DNA of 64,000 nucleotides from Podarcis muralis. Lineage: Eukaryota. The position numbers and the translations under genes were made by a program. The notes under the pieces are model-generated. The model saw only the letters and a list, made by a program, of their open reading frames with translations, had not been told where the DNA came from and made no database searches. The stretch is from the NCBI RefSeq assembly GCF_964188315.1, contig NC_135667.1, forward strand, positions 16,306,001 through 16,370,000, written 5' to 3'. This document shows positions 12,901 to 26,547 of this stretch, one piece after another; positions within the stretch are counted from its first letter, which is position 1, and every line of letters starts with the position of its first letter.

Positions 12901-13732
12901 CACCCATTATCTTCCTGCCATGCTACACTCACTCTTTGCTGCTAGGCTGCACTGCTTTATTGGTATGATCCAGTGAACATAGCAAGCTGCCTTGCGCAGA
13001 GTCCAACCATTTGTCCGTCTAGCTCAGCAATGCCCTGCACCCATTGTTCTTCAGCCTTATATTGTTGGACTACAACTCCCATCGCTCCCAGTCAGCTTAG
13101 CCAGTGGTCAGGGCTGATGGGAATTGTTGTCCAGCTATGACTGGGCACCCAAGGTTGAAGAATGCTGGTCTACACTGCCTGGGAGCAGCCTTCCAGAGTT
13201 TCAGGCAGGGTCCTCCACCAGCTTTACCTGGAGACGCCGGGGATTGAACCCGGGACCTTCCACATGCAAGGCAGGTGTGCTCTACCCCTGGGCTACAGCC
13301 TTCCCCCAGAGCTAATGTACAGGCAGGAGCCAGGATCTTCCCATGTTCTATCACCAGCCCTCTTTCGCCTCCCTAGGAAACTGTCACGTCAAAGTGCCAC
13401 TGAGCTGCCACTCCTGCCTCTGGCCGAGACGGAGAAATTAATTCGCGAGAAAGACGAGGAGGTGAGTCTTTGCACATTTTAAGGCTTTGTGTTTGTGTTT
13501 TCCTTTGGAGTTAGCAGTTGCTAACCCTGTCCGATGTTAGATCCGAGTCCTTCAGCAGCTGCATCTTAGCACTTGGCAAGCGATACAAAAAAGGTGGTCC
13601 ACCCCGAAGGCAAGTGCAACTTCAGCATCTCTCTCGTCTCTCTTTGTCCAGCTCCGTCGGATGCAGGAAATGCTGCAGAAGATGCAGGCACAGATGCTGC
13701 AGAGCAAAGGGGAGCAGTGTGACAACCTCTGA
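6957..13732 (+). CDS. SEPTIN1: Septin-1, 11 coding exons, ~363 aa
   Basis: Exons 6957-6959 (ATG), 7097-7187, 9066-9152, 9257-9380, 10394-10528, 11212-11329, 11785-11886, 11987-12086, 12184-12349, 13377-13461, 13652-13732. All junctions are GT-AG and in frame (1092 nt). The protein begins [40 protein letters not shown] (P-loop), contains DTPG and AKAD-like (GKAD) motifs, and ends [11 protein letters not shown]...[18 protein letters not shown], as in SEPT1. Confidence 0.95.
7660..8020 (-). mobile_element. Probable L1-like LINE 3' fragment, including a (TACA)n tract at ~7700-7733
   Basis: The reverse strand reads ...[17 protein letters not shown] followed by AT-rich sequence and an A-rich tail, resembling squamate L1 ORF2 ends (recalled, not searched). 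Confidence 0.45.
10643..10911 (+). mobile_element. tRNA-headed SINE with MIR/L2-like body and (CTT)n tail
   Basis: Has a gagagccagtgtggtgtaatggttaagagc A-box, a ccgggttcact B-box-like motif, a gggtgaccttgggccagtca core and a CTT-repeat tail. Confidence 0.8.
11345..11515 (+). mobile_element. tRNA-derived SINE (Squam3-like)
   Basis: gtagctcagctggaagagcatctgctttgcatgcagaaggtcccaggttcaatcccc head followed by a non-tRNA body. Related copies occur elsewhere in the window. Confidence 0.75.
13185..13307 (-). mobile_element. tRNA-derived SINE (Squam3-like), antisense
   Basis: Reverse complement of the same head as 11345 (ggggattgaacccgggaccttc on the + strand). Confidence 0.7.
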
Positions 13733-14166
13733 AAGGCAGCAGAGCTCCTTTCCCACAGTGCTATGAGAATCCCAATGGAAAGAGACTTAATTCTGCTTCT
13801 ATATGGCCAAAGCAGGGGGCCACACTGGTAATGGAAATGGAAGAGTTAAGTGTTGGTGGGTATACTATGTATTTGAGAGAGAAAACCCCTGTGGACCTCC
13901 AGATGTTACTGGACTACAACTCCCAACATCCCTGATCTTTGCCCATGCTAGTTGAGGCTGATGGGAGTTGGAGTCCCCTCAATATGCAGAGGGCCACAGG
14001 TCCCCCAACCCTGGCTTAAGAAATTATCACACTGGATAAACTGTCTATCATATATATGTATATATATATCCCTTCTTTCTCCAACCCCCCACCCCTCACC
14101 CCACCATTGTCCACTGACTGTTTTAGTATCTTTCAATAAGACACAATGACTTGACTGCTCAATGGA

Positions 14167-14172
14167 AATAAA
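14167..14172 (+). terminator. Likely SEPTIN1 polyadenylation signal
   Basis: AATAAA ~435 nt after the stop codon. Confidence 0.55.
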
Positions 14173-15185
14173 ATGTATTTTACAAGGCTGAAGACTGGCT
14201 TCCTAACAGATCTCCAAATCATTTGTATGCATCTACTTTCCCACAAACTATCATGCACAAAATATTTATCTCCAAAGAAGCCTGTCATTAAACTGATTCT
14301 CCTCTATGGATTCCTATTTTCACTTCCACTTGATCTATTATTTCTCCAGACAAATTTAACTGTGACAGACAAAAGTACTCAGCAACAAAAGTGCTGCATA
14401 TTATTTGAAATGTGGGCCATGAGGTCGTGTGGATAGCTGAAAAACTGGGCAGCGGATGAGGCCTCAAGGAGACAATACCAAAACAAGTCATTTTTTTCAG
14501 AATAGAAAAATTGTAACTCTTAAGCTCTCAATGTAATGCTGTAACCAAGAAAGCCAATATGGTTGTTGATTGGATGTACAACAACGCAGCCTGAAAAAGA
14601 TATAGTCTCTCAGGAGCTGAAGGCCCTGTACGTATTAAAATGAAAACAGCCACAGTAGACTGAGCAGAGGAAGGACCCTGGCGAGGGTCCCCGCTCCAAC
14701 CATTTCCCTGCTTAAAGGGGCTCCTCAAGCTGCCCTTACACCCATGGGGGGGGGGGAATGCATCTCTTCCACACACACCAATGGACAGTGGGGAAAAAGC
14801 TTGAGGAAAAATCCAGATGCAAAGCAGCCCTGACCTCCCATTTGTCAGTTCAAACAGGCAGCTTCCCACGGCTTCTTTTCTTAAAAAACAAAAACTAAGA
14901 TGGAGGCATCTAACTGGGCTCTAGTCAGGAGGCCAAGTGTGTAGAAGGCCCTTGTCAGTTTCACATCTGAGGTAAAGTCATAATGCCTGCGTAGAGTGAA
15001 GGGCCTTCCCCCACAGACTAGTCACTTTCAATTCCCCTGCCAGATAGGGCTCCCTTCCTCACTGGAGTGAGCATCATCTAAACCTTCAAAAACATAAAAG
15101 GAGAGGGAGGAAATAATGGCAGCACCCTTCCCTCCCCACATCGCTCCCTTTGCATTAGCGCTTTCTAGACTCCTCTCACAAAAGA

Positions 15186-17559
15186 CTACGACAAAGTAGA
15201 GGCCTGCTTTGAGGCGCTGCCCTGCCTGAGCCCTGAAGCCCCAGTGCCATTGGAGTCCCCACAGCTTGTGTCCGGAGGATGGGAGGCTCCCGAAGCCACA
15301 CAAAAGTTTTCTCCCCTCGCTGCTCCGGAAGAAACAGCAGCACCGTCCTGTTGTTTCTCATATTCGGTGTATTTCTTGGATGACCCATAAACTCGCTCAG
15401 CTGGGTATTTGAGGCGGTTCTTCTCTATCTTGTGGAGGGCGGCCGAGGGAAGGTCCACGCGGCACTTGTCCGCCAGAGCCACCAGGTAGATGAGGACATC
15501 GCTGAGCTCGTCGGAGAGGGCTTCGCGCTCGGGCGCTGTCCAGCCCGGGAGACCTTCGGGGGCTTCTTCCCGCCACTGGCTAAAGGGCAACAGGGGAGAA
15601 ACGATGGAGTGAGGAGGGGAAGGAGCTAAGAAGGGATTCGAAGCTTCCAAAGGGAAGTCGTGGTGGTTTGTTGCAGCAAAGCCAACAAAGGCTCTTGGGA
15701 CACCTTAAAGCAGGAGGGAGGCACCTGAGGGCTGACTGCACCCACTAGGCCTCTCTGCCATGCTCTTGGAACTCTGCTTAGGCCTCACCCTCTTCCCCCA
15801 GCCTCCTTGAGAGGTTTTGCCTGGCTCAAATGTGCCCTTGAACACCAACCATGCCTCTTGAAGGGCAGAGAGAGATGCGTGTAGACATGAACCTACGCTA
15901 CGAAGATAAAATTTAGACTGATTGCTCTGCCCCCTTTGTCTCCGGGAAAGGGGAATGCGCCTCTAGGGCTGAAAAGGGGTCCACTTTGCCACCATCTTAA
16001 AGGCTAACAACTTTATTGTGGCGTAAGCTTTCGTCAACTGCAGACCACTCCCTCAGATGCATGCAGTGTTACCCTGAGTGCCCAGTTCTGGGCAATGCCA
16101 CTTAAGAATGATACTGACAATCTGGAACGTGTGCAGAGGACAATCAAGGGTTTGGAAACCAAGCCTTATGAGGAACAGTTGAAGAAGCTGGGTATGTTTA
16201 GCCTGGCAAAGAATCATAGAACTGTAGGGTTGGAAGAGACCCTGAGGGTCATCTAGTCCAACCCCCTTCAATGCAAGAATCTCAGCTAAAGCGTCCATGA
16301 CAGAGGGCCATGCAACCTCTGCTTAAAAACCTCCCAGGAAGGAGAGTCCACAACCTCCAGAGGGAAACCGTTCCACTGAGACTGAGGAGATATGATCGCC
16401 ATCTTCAAATATCTCCAGGGCTGTCCCATGGAAGACGGAGCAAATTGGTTCTCTCCTGCTCTGGAGGACAGGCCTCGAACCAACAGATTCAAGTTACAAG
16501 AAAGATTCTGACTAAACATCAGGAAGAACTTTCTGACAGTAAGAGCTGTTTGACAGTGGAACAGACTACCTCAGGAGGTGGTGCCAGTTGATGGGAGTTG
16601 TAGTCCAACAACCTCTGGAGGGCACCAGCTTGGCAAAAGCTGGATCAGATGATCGCCAAGGACCCTTCTGATTCTATGAAAGCACCTTTAGGCCTCCATC
16701 CTCTCCTTCCCTTCCCTCCCCAAAATACTGCCCGTGGAGGGAGGCCTACTCTGCAATCTCGTCACCCGTACTCACAAGAGCTCCGCCAGCTCCCCAACCT
16801 CCCCGACGAGGGCAAGCAGCAGATTCCGAGGCTGGTGGTACTTCCCCCAGCCACGCTCGGCTGTGAAACCAGACTGGAGTCTTCGGCTGTGGGAGAGACA
16901 AGAGAGGTGAAGAGAGGTTGATGCTGTGTTCAGCAGAGGCTGGTCCATTAGGGCAAAGGAGGCACTGCCCCAGCAGCTTCAGACTTGCTCTTGGCTAGTC
17001 TCCATTTGCCTGCCTCTTTACTTACAACCAGTTGGGATGGCTCCACCTACAGTGGCTCTGGCGCCACCTACTGTTAGTCTCCCCGCCTTCTGCCCTACCA
17101 GTCCCAAACAGCACCAATGACCCCTGTACACTGGTTCAGATTTGGGGGTGGGAAGGAGAGGGTGAAGTTATAATCAACCATAAATGTGGGGCCTGTGAGG
17201 TGGGAAGAGAGAAAGGAGGGTGTCTCACATGTCTTCCAAGGTAGGCTCAGCGCTGAACTGAAAAGCCTCTGCTGAATTTCCGTTCCTGTTCCTCACCAAC
17301 ACCTCATCCATTTCTTCCTCTTTTGCCTTTGGTGAACTGGCCGATGGGAACAATGCCTGGCGAAGGAAGTCACGGTAACTGTGCGCCTTCATTCCAACCA
17401 ACTAGTAAGGATTTTTCCCATCAGTTTGCTATTGGCAGTTTAAAATTGTTGAGATTGGGAGTTGCGAGCTAAACCTGGCAGCTATTTTAAGTCAAGCACT
17501 AATCTATTCCCTGCTGGCCAAAAGCCCCACTTGTCCCCAAAAAGCATAGGCTAAATAAA

Positions 17560-17600
<41 letters not shown>

Positions 17601-18440
17601 GAATATGCTATACTGTACATATATACTTCTATGCATACCCATAGGATATTTCTATCCACAGGATATTCTGGAGATACATATATACACAATAAGGTAAAGG
17701 TACCCCTGCCCGTACGGGCCAGTCTTGCCAGACTCTAGGGTTGTGCGCTCATCTCACTCTATAGGCCGGGAGCCAGCGCTGTCCGAAGACACTTCCGGGT
17801 CACGTGGCCAGCGTGACAAGCTGCATCTGGCGAGCCAGCGCAGCACACGGAACGCCGTTTACCTTCCCGCTAGTAAGTGGTCCCTATTTATCTACTTGCA
17901 CTTAGGGGTGCTTTTGAACTGCTAGGTTGGCAGGCGCTGGGGCCGAACGACGGGAGCGCACCCCGCCGCGGGGATTCGAACCTCCGACCACATGATCGGC
18001 AAGTCCTAGGCACTGAGGTTTTACCCACACCCCCACCCGCGTCCGCATCATACACAATACCGATAAGATATTCTGGATATGCTTCCAGAAACTCTGGAAT
18101 TACAACTCACACAGAAACACAACCCACTCATAGGACATCTCCCGTTTGTTACCTGTGTCCTCCTGGGCATGGTGGCTCCCGCACCAGAATTCTTCAGGTC
18201 ACCAAGCCCATCATCAGCAGAAGGCACAGAACAGCCTGGAGGCAAATGCTTCTGATGCTCAGCCGTGGCCATGTGCAGACGAAGGTCAGAGTAGCCAGCA
18301 GGCATCGTACCCTTGCAGAGCCTGCAGGCTGCTTTGCCATTGTCTCCTGCCACAGGGCAAAGCCAGACCTTCAAATCCTCCTCTTCCTCCCAGTCTCTGC
18401 AATACTTTCCCTCACTGGCAGCCCTCTTTGACGATGTCAT
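15186..18440 (-). CDS. DCTPP1: dCTP pyrophosphatase 1 (MazG-like), with a predicted N-terminal zinc-finger exon
   Basis: Core exons (minus strand) are 17311-17229 (MDEVL...FSAEPTLEDI), 16886-16776 (RRLQSGFTAERGWGKYHQPRNLLLALVGEVGELAELF) and 15579-15186 (QW...ELSDVLIYLVALADKCRVDLP...KKYTE). All junctions are GT-AG and in frame. An upstream acceptor at 17356 and an exon at 18452-18153 (ATG 18440) extend the ORF in frame to 921 nt (~306 aa). The core is certain; the extension is predicted. Confidence 0.9.
16085..16580 (+). mobile_element. Degraded CR1 LINE 3' fragment, with an opposite-strand CR1 tail nested at ~16211-16378
   Basis: Frames give CR1 ORF2 C-terminal motifs (QFWAMPL..D.D.LERVQR; KPYEEQLKKLGMFSLAK; DMIAIFKYLQG; NIRKNFLTVRAV.QWNRLP) with stop codons. 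The run is interrupted by gaatcatagaactgtagggttggaagagaccc..., a reversed CR1 3' end. Confidence 0.8.
17562..17600. repeat. (AAT)n microsatellite
   Basis: Read directly from the sequence. Confidence 0.95.
17692..18045 (-). mobile_element. Sauria-type SINE, antisense, with TSD atacacaata
   Basis: Reverse complement of the 4410 copy. The 10-bp TSD lies at 17682-17691 and 18050-18059. Confidence 0.9.
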
Positions 18441-18452
18441 GATTGACCAGGC
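18153..18452 (-). CDS. Zinc-finger exon (C-x2-C-x13-H-x5-H, hAT-transposase N-terminus-like), predicted first coding exon of a long DCTPP1 isoform
   Basis: Acceptor tctctttcag|GCCTGGTCAATCATG, donor ACACAG|gtaac in phase 0, and no stop codon. Translates to MTSSKRAASEGKYCRDWEEEEDLKVWLCPVAGDNGKAACRLCKGTMPAGYSDLRLHMATAEHQKH... Confidence 0.75.
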
Positions 18453-19349
18453 CTGAAAGAGATATGGGGAGAGAAGCTTGCTGAACAAAGTGGTTGTTAG
18501 CAGCAAAGGATAAAGAATTTAGCCGAAGCTTCTTTCACACCATTTAAAGCCTTGTGATACCACTTTAAGAAGTCATGGCTTCCCCCAAAGAATTATGGGA
18601 GCTGTAGTTTGTTAAGGGTGCTGAGAGTTGTTAGGAGACCCCTATTCCCCTCCAAGTGTTACAATTTCCAGGGTAGTTTAAAGACCAACCCCTCTTCACA
18701 GGGAACTCTGAGAATGGCAACTCCTGTGCCTTTTCCAACATGTGAACACTGTCTGCAGTTTGTATCCACCCAAGTTATATTCAGAGTAGACCCAATGAAA
18801 TTAATGGACCTAAGTCAGCTAGGTCTATTCATTTCAATGGGTCTTCACAGTTGGCTAAATCTCTGGCTGCATTATGCACCGTACATGTAAAACACTTCCC
18901 TCCAAAGAGTCCTGGGAACTTGTAACTTAATTAATCCTCGCTGAGCAACAATTCCACGCACCCTTAACAAACTACACTTCCCAGGATGATTTGGGAGAAG
19001 TCACGTGCTTCAAACTTCTTCCACCTACACAAGACTCTGTGGCTTCTCTGCTGCAGGCGCATAGAGAGTTGTAGATGCATCACATCTGTGTGTGTCCCCC
19101 ACCCAGAATGATAATTTTTTCTAAGCCAATACTCTCCACTGCTGAGCTGCATAAAGTCTGCTTTCAGTAGCACGGCTCACGCCCTGAAAAAATAGAAGTG
19201 AGCGCACATCACTTGAGCATGTGCAGAAGGCTCTTTCCCTCACCCTTAAGAAACCCCCCCCCCCCAGTGTACACACACACCCCTCAGTGTATTCTCTGCA
19301 ACTCTAATGCCCGGCTCTCAACGAAAGCAAAGCAACATACAGAGCCTAC

Positions 19350-19660
19350 CTGGGCTCCAAAGGAAACAGAGCAGGCAGGATGCGACCCCTTCTAACAAGC
19401 CACGCGCGTTTTCCCGGGTTCAGCGCAGGGAAGCCAACCCACCATCGCCACTGAGCTGGGCTCTGATAGGGTACAAAGGGTATGACGAACGCACTTGCGG
19501 CCCAATCAAAGGTGGCTGGTGGAAGGCGAGAGGAATACCGCAACCAATCAAAAGGAGCAGAGGGTCGCGCCCAATCGGAGGAGAGGCAACAAATAGCGAG
19601 TATAGAAGGAAGAGGCGCCGGGATAAAGAGTCATAAATATGCAAAGAAGCGGCCGGCTCA
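19350..19660 (-). promoter_or_regulatory. CpG-rich DCTPP1 promoter and probable non-coding first exon
   Basis: CpG-dense, with CCAAT at 19502, 19544 and 19571, and a minus-strand donor GAGCCCAG|gtaggc at 19350/19349. Confidence 0.55.
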
Positions 19661-20079
19661 AGGAGTTACAGGAAAAGAAACATCCGGACTGGCTTTATAT
19701 ATATCTGCTATATATCGGCCACAACAGTATCATAAAATATCATTAACTAATACTAAATAAGCAAATAAAAATAATATAAATATAAGAAATATAATAGGTT
19801 CAATATTGTGCACGAATACAGGCATATATATGGGAGGAAACTGCGTGAAAGGCGCGGATTCCCCAGTCAGGGAAGATGCAAGAATCCATAAAACTTGCAG
19901 CTGGTCCTTTCTTGCGCATTCTCCTCTCAAATCTGCGTTTTCATTTTAAGGGTTGTTGCGCTGGCCTTAGCCCTAGAAAAATAGAAGTTCCAGCAATTTC
20001 GGGTGCTTCCAGTGGAGAGGGTTTTTCTGCACAGTTCATGTGAGCTGTCTGGATTTTTACAGGGAGCACGGATGATGAC

Positions 20080-20899
20080 CAGGACCGGATTTAGGTTTGA
20101 TGAGGCCCTAAGCTACTGAAGGTAATGGGGCCCTTTATATGTCCAGCTGTCCTTTGTCAACAACAAATTGTTGCTGTTTTTTGTGTTGAATATATGGTAA
20201 TTTATGGACCTAATAGGTATCTAAAGCCATTTGCACATAACAAAATATGTATTTTGTCATAGTAATTGTTGAACTGAAATACAATTAAGAAAGAGAGAGA
20301 AATGAGCAAACGAGTGATATTTTAGGGAGCAGGCTAGCAGGTGGGGCCCATTACTTACATCATAGGAGGCTACACAACACAAAATACTGTTGCTATATGT
20401 GGGTTTTATTTTATTTGTTTTTTATCTTATATTTTGGATATCTGTACATCCAGATTTTTTTCCTTTAAATTTTTTGGGGGGCCCCAATAGAGTGGGGCCG
20501 TAAACTACAGTGGTGCCTCGCAAGACGAAATTAATTTGTTCTGCGAGTTTTGTCGTCTTGCGATTTTTTTCGTCTTGCGAAGCACGGTGTCGGGAAAGTT
20601 TTGGAAAAGCTTCAAAAATCACCAAAGTCTTTAAAAACCTCAAAAAAGGCTACCACACCGCGTTCTATGAGTTGCTCCTCAAAGTCAAGTCGCAACTGTA
20701 TTAACGGTGTTAAGAAAAAGGAAACAAACTTGCAAGACGTTTCCGTCTTGCGAAGCAAGCCCATAGGGAAAATTGTCTTGCGAAGCAGCTCAAAAAACAA
20801 AAAAACCCTTTCGTCTAGTGAGTTTTTTGTCTTGCGAGGCATTCGTCTTGCGAGGTACCACTGTATTGCTTGTTTAGCTTATATGTAAATCCGGCACTG
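20080..20899. mobile_element. Non-autonomous hAT element with 8-bp TSD
   Basis: TIRs caggaccggattta / taaatccggcactg (12 of 14 match). TSD atgatgac at 20072-20079 and 20900-20907. Confidence 0.9.
20508..20863. mobile_element. Tc1/mariner MITE nested in the hAT element
   Basis: TIRs cagtggtgcctcgcaagacgaa / ttcgtcttgcgaggtaccactg, with TA on both sides. Confidence 0.9.
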
Positions 20900-21574
20900 A
20901 TGATGACGATGATGCACCTATCATCCTGTACGGCTCCCATAACTACCCCCTCCCTATTCTGTTTTCTTTTTAACAAATGCTGGAAATAGTATTTTAATGA
21001 AAAGACCGTCACCATGTTGCCAGTGGTGCAGATGTTCTGTTGCGTTATTTTCCAATACTTCTAAAAGGCTGCTCATGCGATTGCTGATCCTTTCAATGGA
21101 GCTTTGCCTACTTTGGCCCTGATATGATACAGCTGTGCAGGAGAGGTTATTTATACAAGGGAAAAACAAGGGTCCAAAGTGCCAAAAGCAATCATCGTGG
21201 TCCTAATCCCACCCCTCATTGTACAGCCTCCCACCCCTCAGGAATTCAGGAAATTTCTCTTGTGCAACCAGTTAGACAAGCGAAAAAGTTGCAGAGAGAC
21301 ATTTTGGAGCCTGGCTAGTCAGGTAAGCAACCAACATTGCCTCTTTTAAACTAGCTACATCTGGGATGCCCACAGAACTTTAGATTCTAGGGGGAATCCT
21401 AGAACTGCCTTGTCTGGTCTAGTTACTGTGGTTTAACAGTTGGTTTTTTCATTATTGGTTCACACTTTGTTGGGTTTGGGGAGAAATGTATTGCTTTAAT
21501 ACGTTGCTTTTTTAAAGGCTCCCTTTTTATGCTCTTGGCTTTAAATGCTGGACTCTCACCCTCCCCTTTGCGCG

Positions 21575-21619
<45 letters not shown>

Positions 21620-21658
21620 CTAGTACTAGCAGCAGGTAAAAGTTAGAATAATCACATC

Positions 21659-21804
21659 CAGTGCTTTTTTTCCTTTAAAAAATGTTTAGGGGTACTCTCA
21701 TTTTCCTACTCATATTGAAATACTGCCCCTCAATGAAGCCAAACTTAGATTCACAAAATGTTTAGGGGTATGCGTACCCCTGCATCCTCCCCAAAAAAGC
21801 ACTG
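21659..21804. mobile_element. hAT MITE
   Basis: TIRs cagtgctttttt / aaaaaagcactg. TSD atcacatc / accacatc (7 of 8 match). Confidence 0.75.
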
Positions 21805-21917
21805 ACCACATCCTTCCATTAAAAAATAAGTGAGCCTAATGAGGAAAAGTTGGATTTTAACCTCTGTTCTGCAGGGCTCTTTGCTTAGGCAGTCCAGTTT
21901 CTCTCCCCCCCCCCCAC

Positions 21918-21966
<49 letters not shown>

Positions 21967-23327
21967 ACACACCTCTGCCCTAGTACACAGTACTTTTTAG
22001 AGGTAACCTCAGCTGGGACTTTGGGCAAAGTGATGCTACCACTTTGAGTGCCTCAAGGCTGTTGTCAGTATTTTGCAGGAATTATTCACACAACAATTGA
22101 CTTTAATAGTAATAAAGAAAAACCTGGGCTGCTTGGGATTTGGAAAGTAATGGGGAAATGTGTTCCAAAACGTGAGCTGAATGAATGATTACAGGAAAGA
22201 AATGGAAATACCCTGCAAATAATTTTGGGGTGAATGTAGGATGAATGGTCCTTGTCAGAGAACGCCTGCATAGTAAACAAATCAGAACAGATGCTCACAA
22301 AAGATTGGCCATAGTTTAACCACTGTGTAAACTTTGTGTACAGACCAGCAGGAGAGCTGGGCTGGTTGTTAAGTAAGAAAGAAAGCAGGCAGGTGGGGGC
22401 TGGCAGTGTCCTGCTCCCCCTGAAAAACCAGGGCAGGGGTGTCAACTTGAAGAAAATATTGGCGAGCAGGTAAGCCCTGACCCATATAGTCAGTCACAAG
22501 AAGCAGCTTACACACATCATTTGAATGGCAATTCACATTAACTTTTGGGCAGTTGGCCCCCTCAATTATTTTATTGGGGGGGCCCTGGGAGTTGGCTGCT
22601 ATGAACCAGGGTGAGCCTTGCTTCCTTTCCTTTTACTAACAGCATACCACGAGTAAAAAAAACAAGGGGGTGAGTATAACAATCCCCAAAACAGTTCAAT
22701 GAGAACTGAATATGCTTGGCAGCCTCAGAATGTTGGGAAACTTTTGTAAGGGTGGGACAGATTGCTGGTTGGGGGGGGGCAGCGCAGAGAATAGACTGGC
22801 ATATCCTGCAAAAGGGTGTTGCTGGCTAGCACCCTGTACAAGAGGACACTACCCAGAAGGTCCCGTTAGCATTTCTTCCTTTTTCCCCCCAACAGGGTTT
22901 TTTAATTGAACCCATTATATTTCTACATTAACATAAAAAAATGAAAGGGGGGGGGGAGAAAATAAAAATTGTCCAGTTTACTGGTGTGATATTATTGTTT
23001 CTTCTGGTGTATAGGGGAGAAATTGGGGCGCAGAAGCTGGAGCTAGCTTATAGGTGAGTCCCACTTCAAATAATCTGAAAAGCACCTATATCTAGAAAAT
23101 GGTCAGCTGTCAGACTGTGGCCCCTTTGTCCAAGTAGAGAGACGGTCATTTGCAGTCACCAGCAACACGGACCCAAACATTATCACATTCCAGATTTTCT
23201 GAGTTTTTAGGTAGTCATAGGAAGATAACCAAATTTAGCATCCTTCTCCTCCCACTAGGGAGAGCTGCCATCAGGCAAAGGGTAGCAATTCCCACCCCTC
23301 ATTCCTACCCCTAGGTGACACCATTAG

Positions 23328-26217
<2,890 letters not shown>

Positions 26218-26316
26218 GTCCTTAGGATGGGAGACCCAGACAAGCGGCCTTGCCAGGTGGCGGGAGATTTGGTGTTGGTGGGTATGTGGTAGAGGGTGGG
26301 TAGCACCAATTGTGTA

Positions 26317-26547
26317 CAGTGGTACCGTACCTCGGGTTAAGAACTTAATTCGTTCTGGAGGTCTGTTCTTAACCTGAAACTGTTCTTAACCTGAAGCACC
26401 ACTTTAGCTGATGGGCCCTCCTGCTGCCACCGCGCTGCCGGAGCACAATTTCTGTTCTCATCCTGAAGCAAAGTTCTTAACCCAAGGTAATATTTCTGGG
26501 TTAGCAGAGTCTATAACCTGAAGCGTATGTAACCCGAGGTACCACTG
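26317..26547. mobile_element. Tc1/mariner MITE in the QPRT 3' region
   Basis: TIRs cagtggtacc... / ...aacccgaggtaccactg with TA flanks. Nearly identical to 40292-40517. Confidence 0.9.

Noticed and set aside
17877-18431. 184-aa plus-strand ORF
   Set aside because: It begins inside a SINE and runs antisense to the zinc-finger exon, so it is a chance ORF.
19170-19990. Repeated motif ccct(a)gaaaaa(a)tagaagt at ~19182 and ~19972, considered as an snRNA Sm site or as extra minus-strand acceptors
   Set aside because: There is no match to the U1-U12 or U7 structures I know. It resembles the end of a common lizard repeat (compare ~24410), and I found no convincing downstream donor or ORF.
14500-23300. 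SEPHS2/SECIS element or ZNF48/ZNF771 C2H2 arrays, expected near DCTPP1 from human synteny
   Set aside because: No selenophosphate-synthetase ORF and no tandem TGEKPY zinc fingers were seen. The placental SEPHS2 at that locus is known to be a retrocopy, so its absence is expected.
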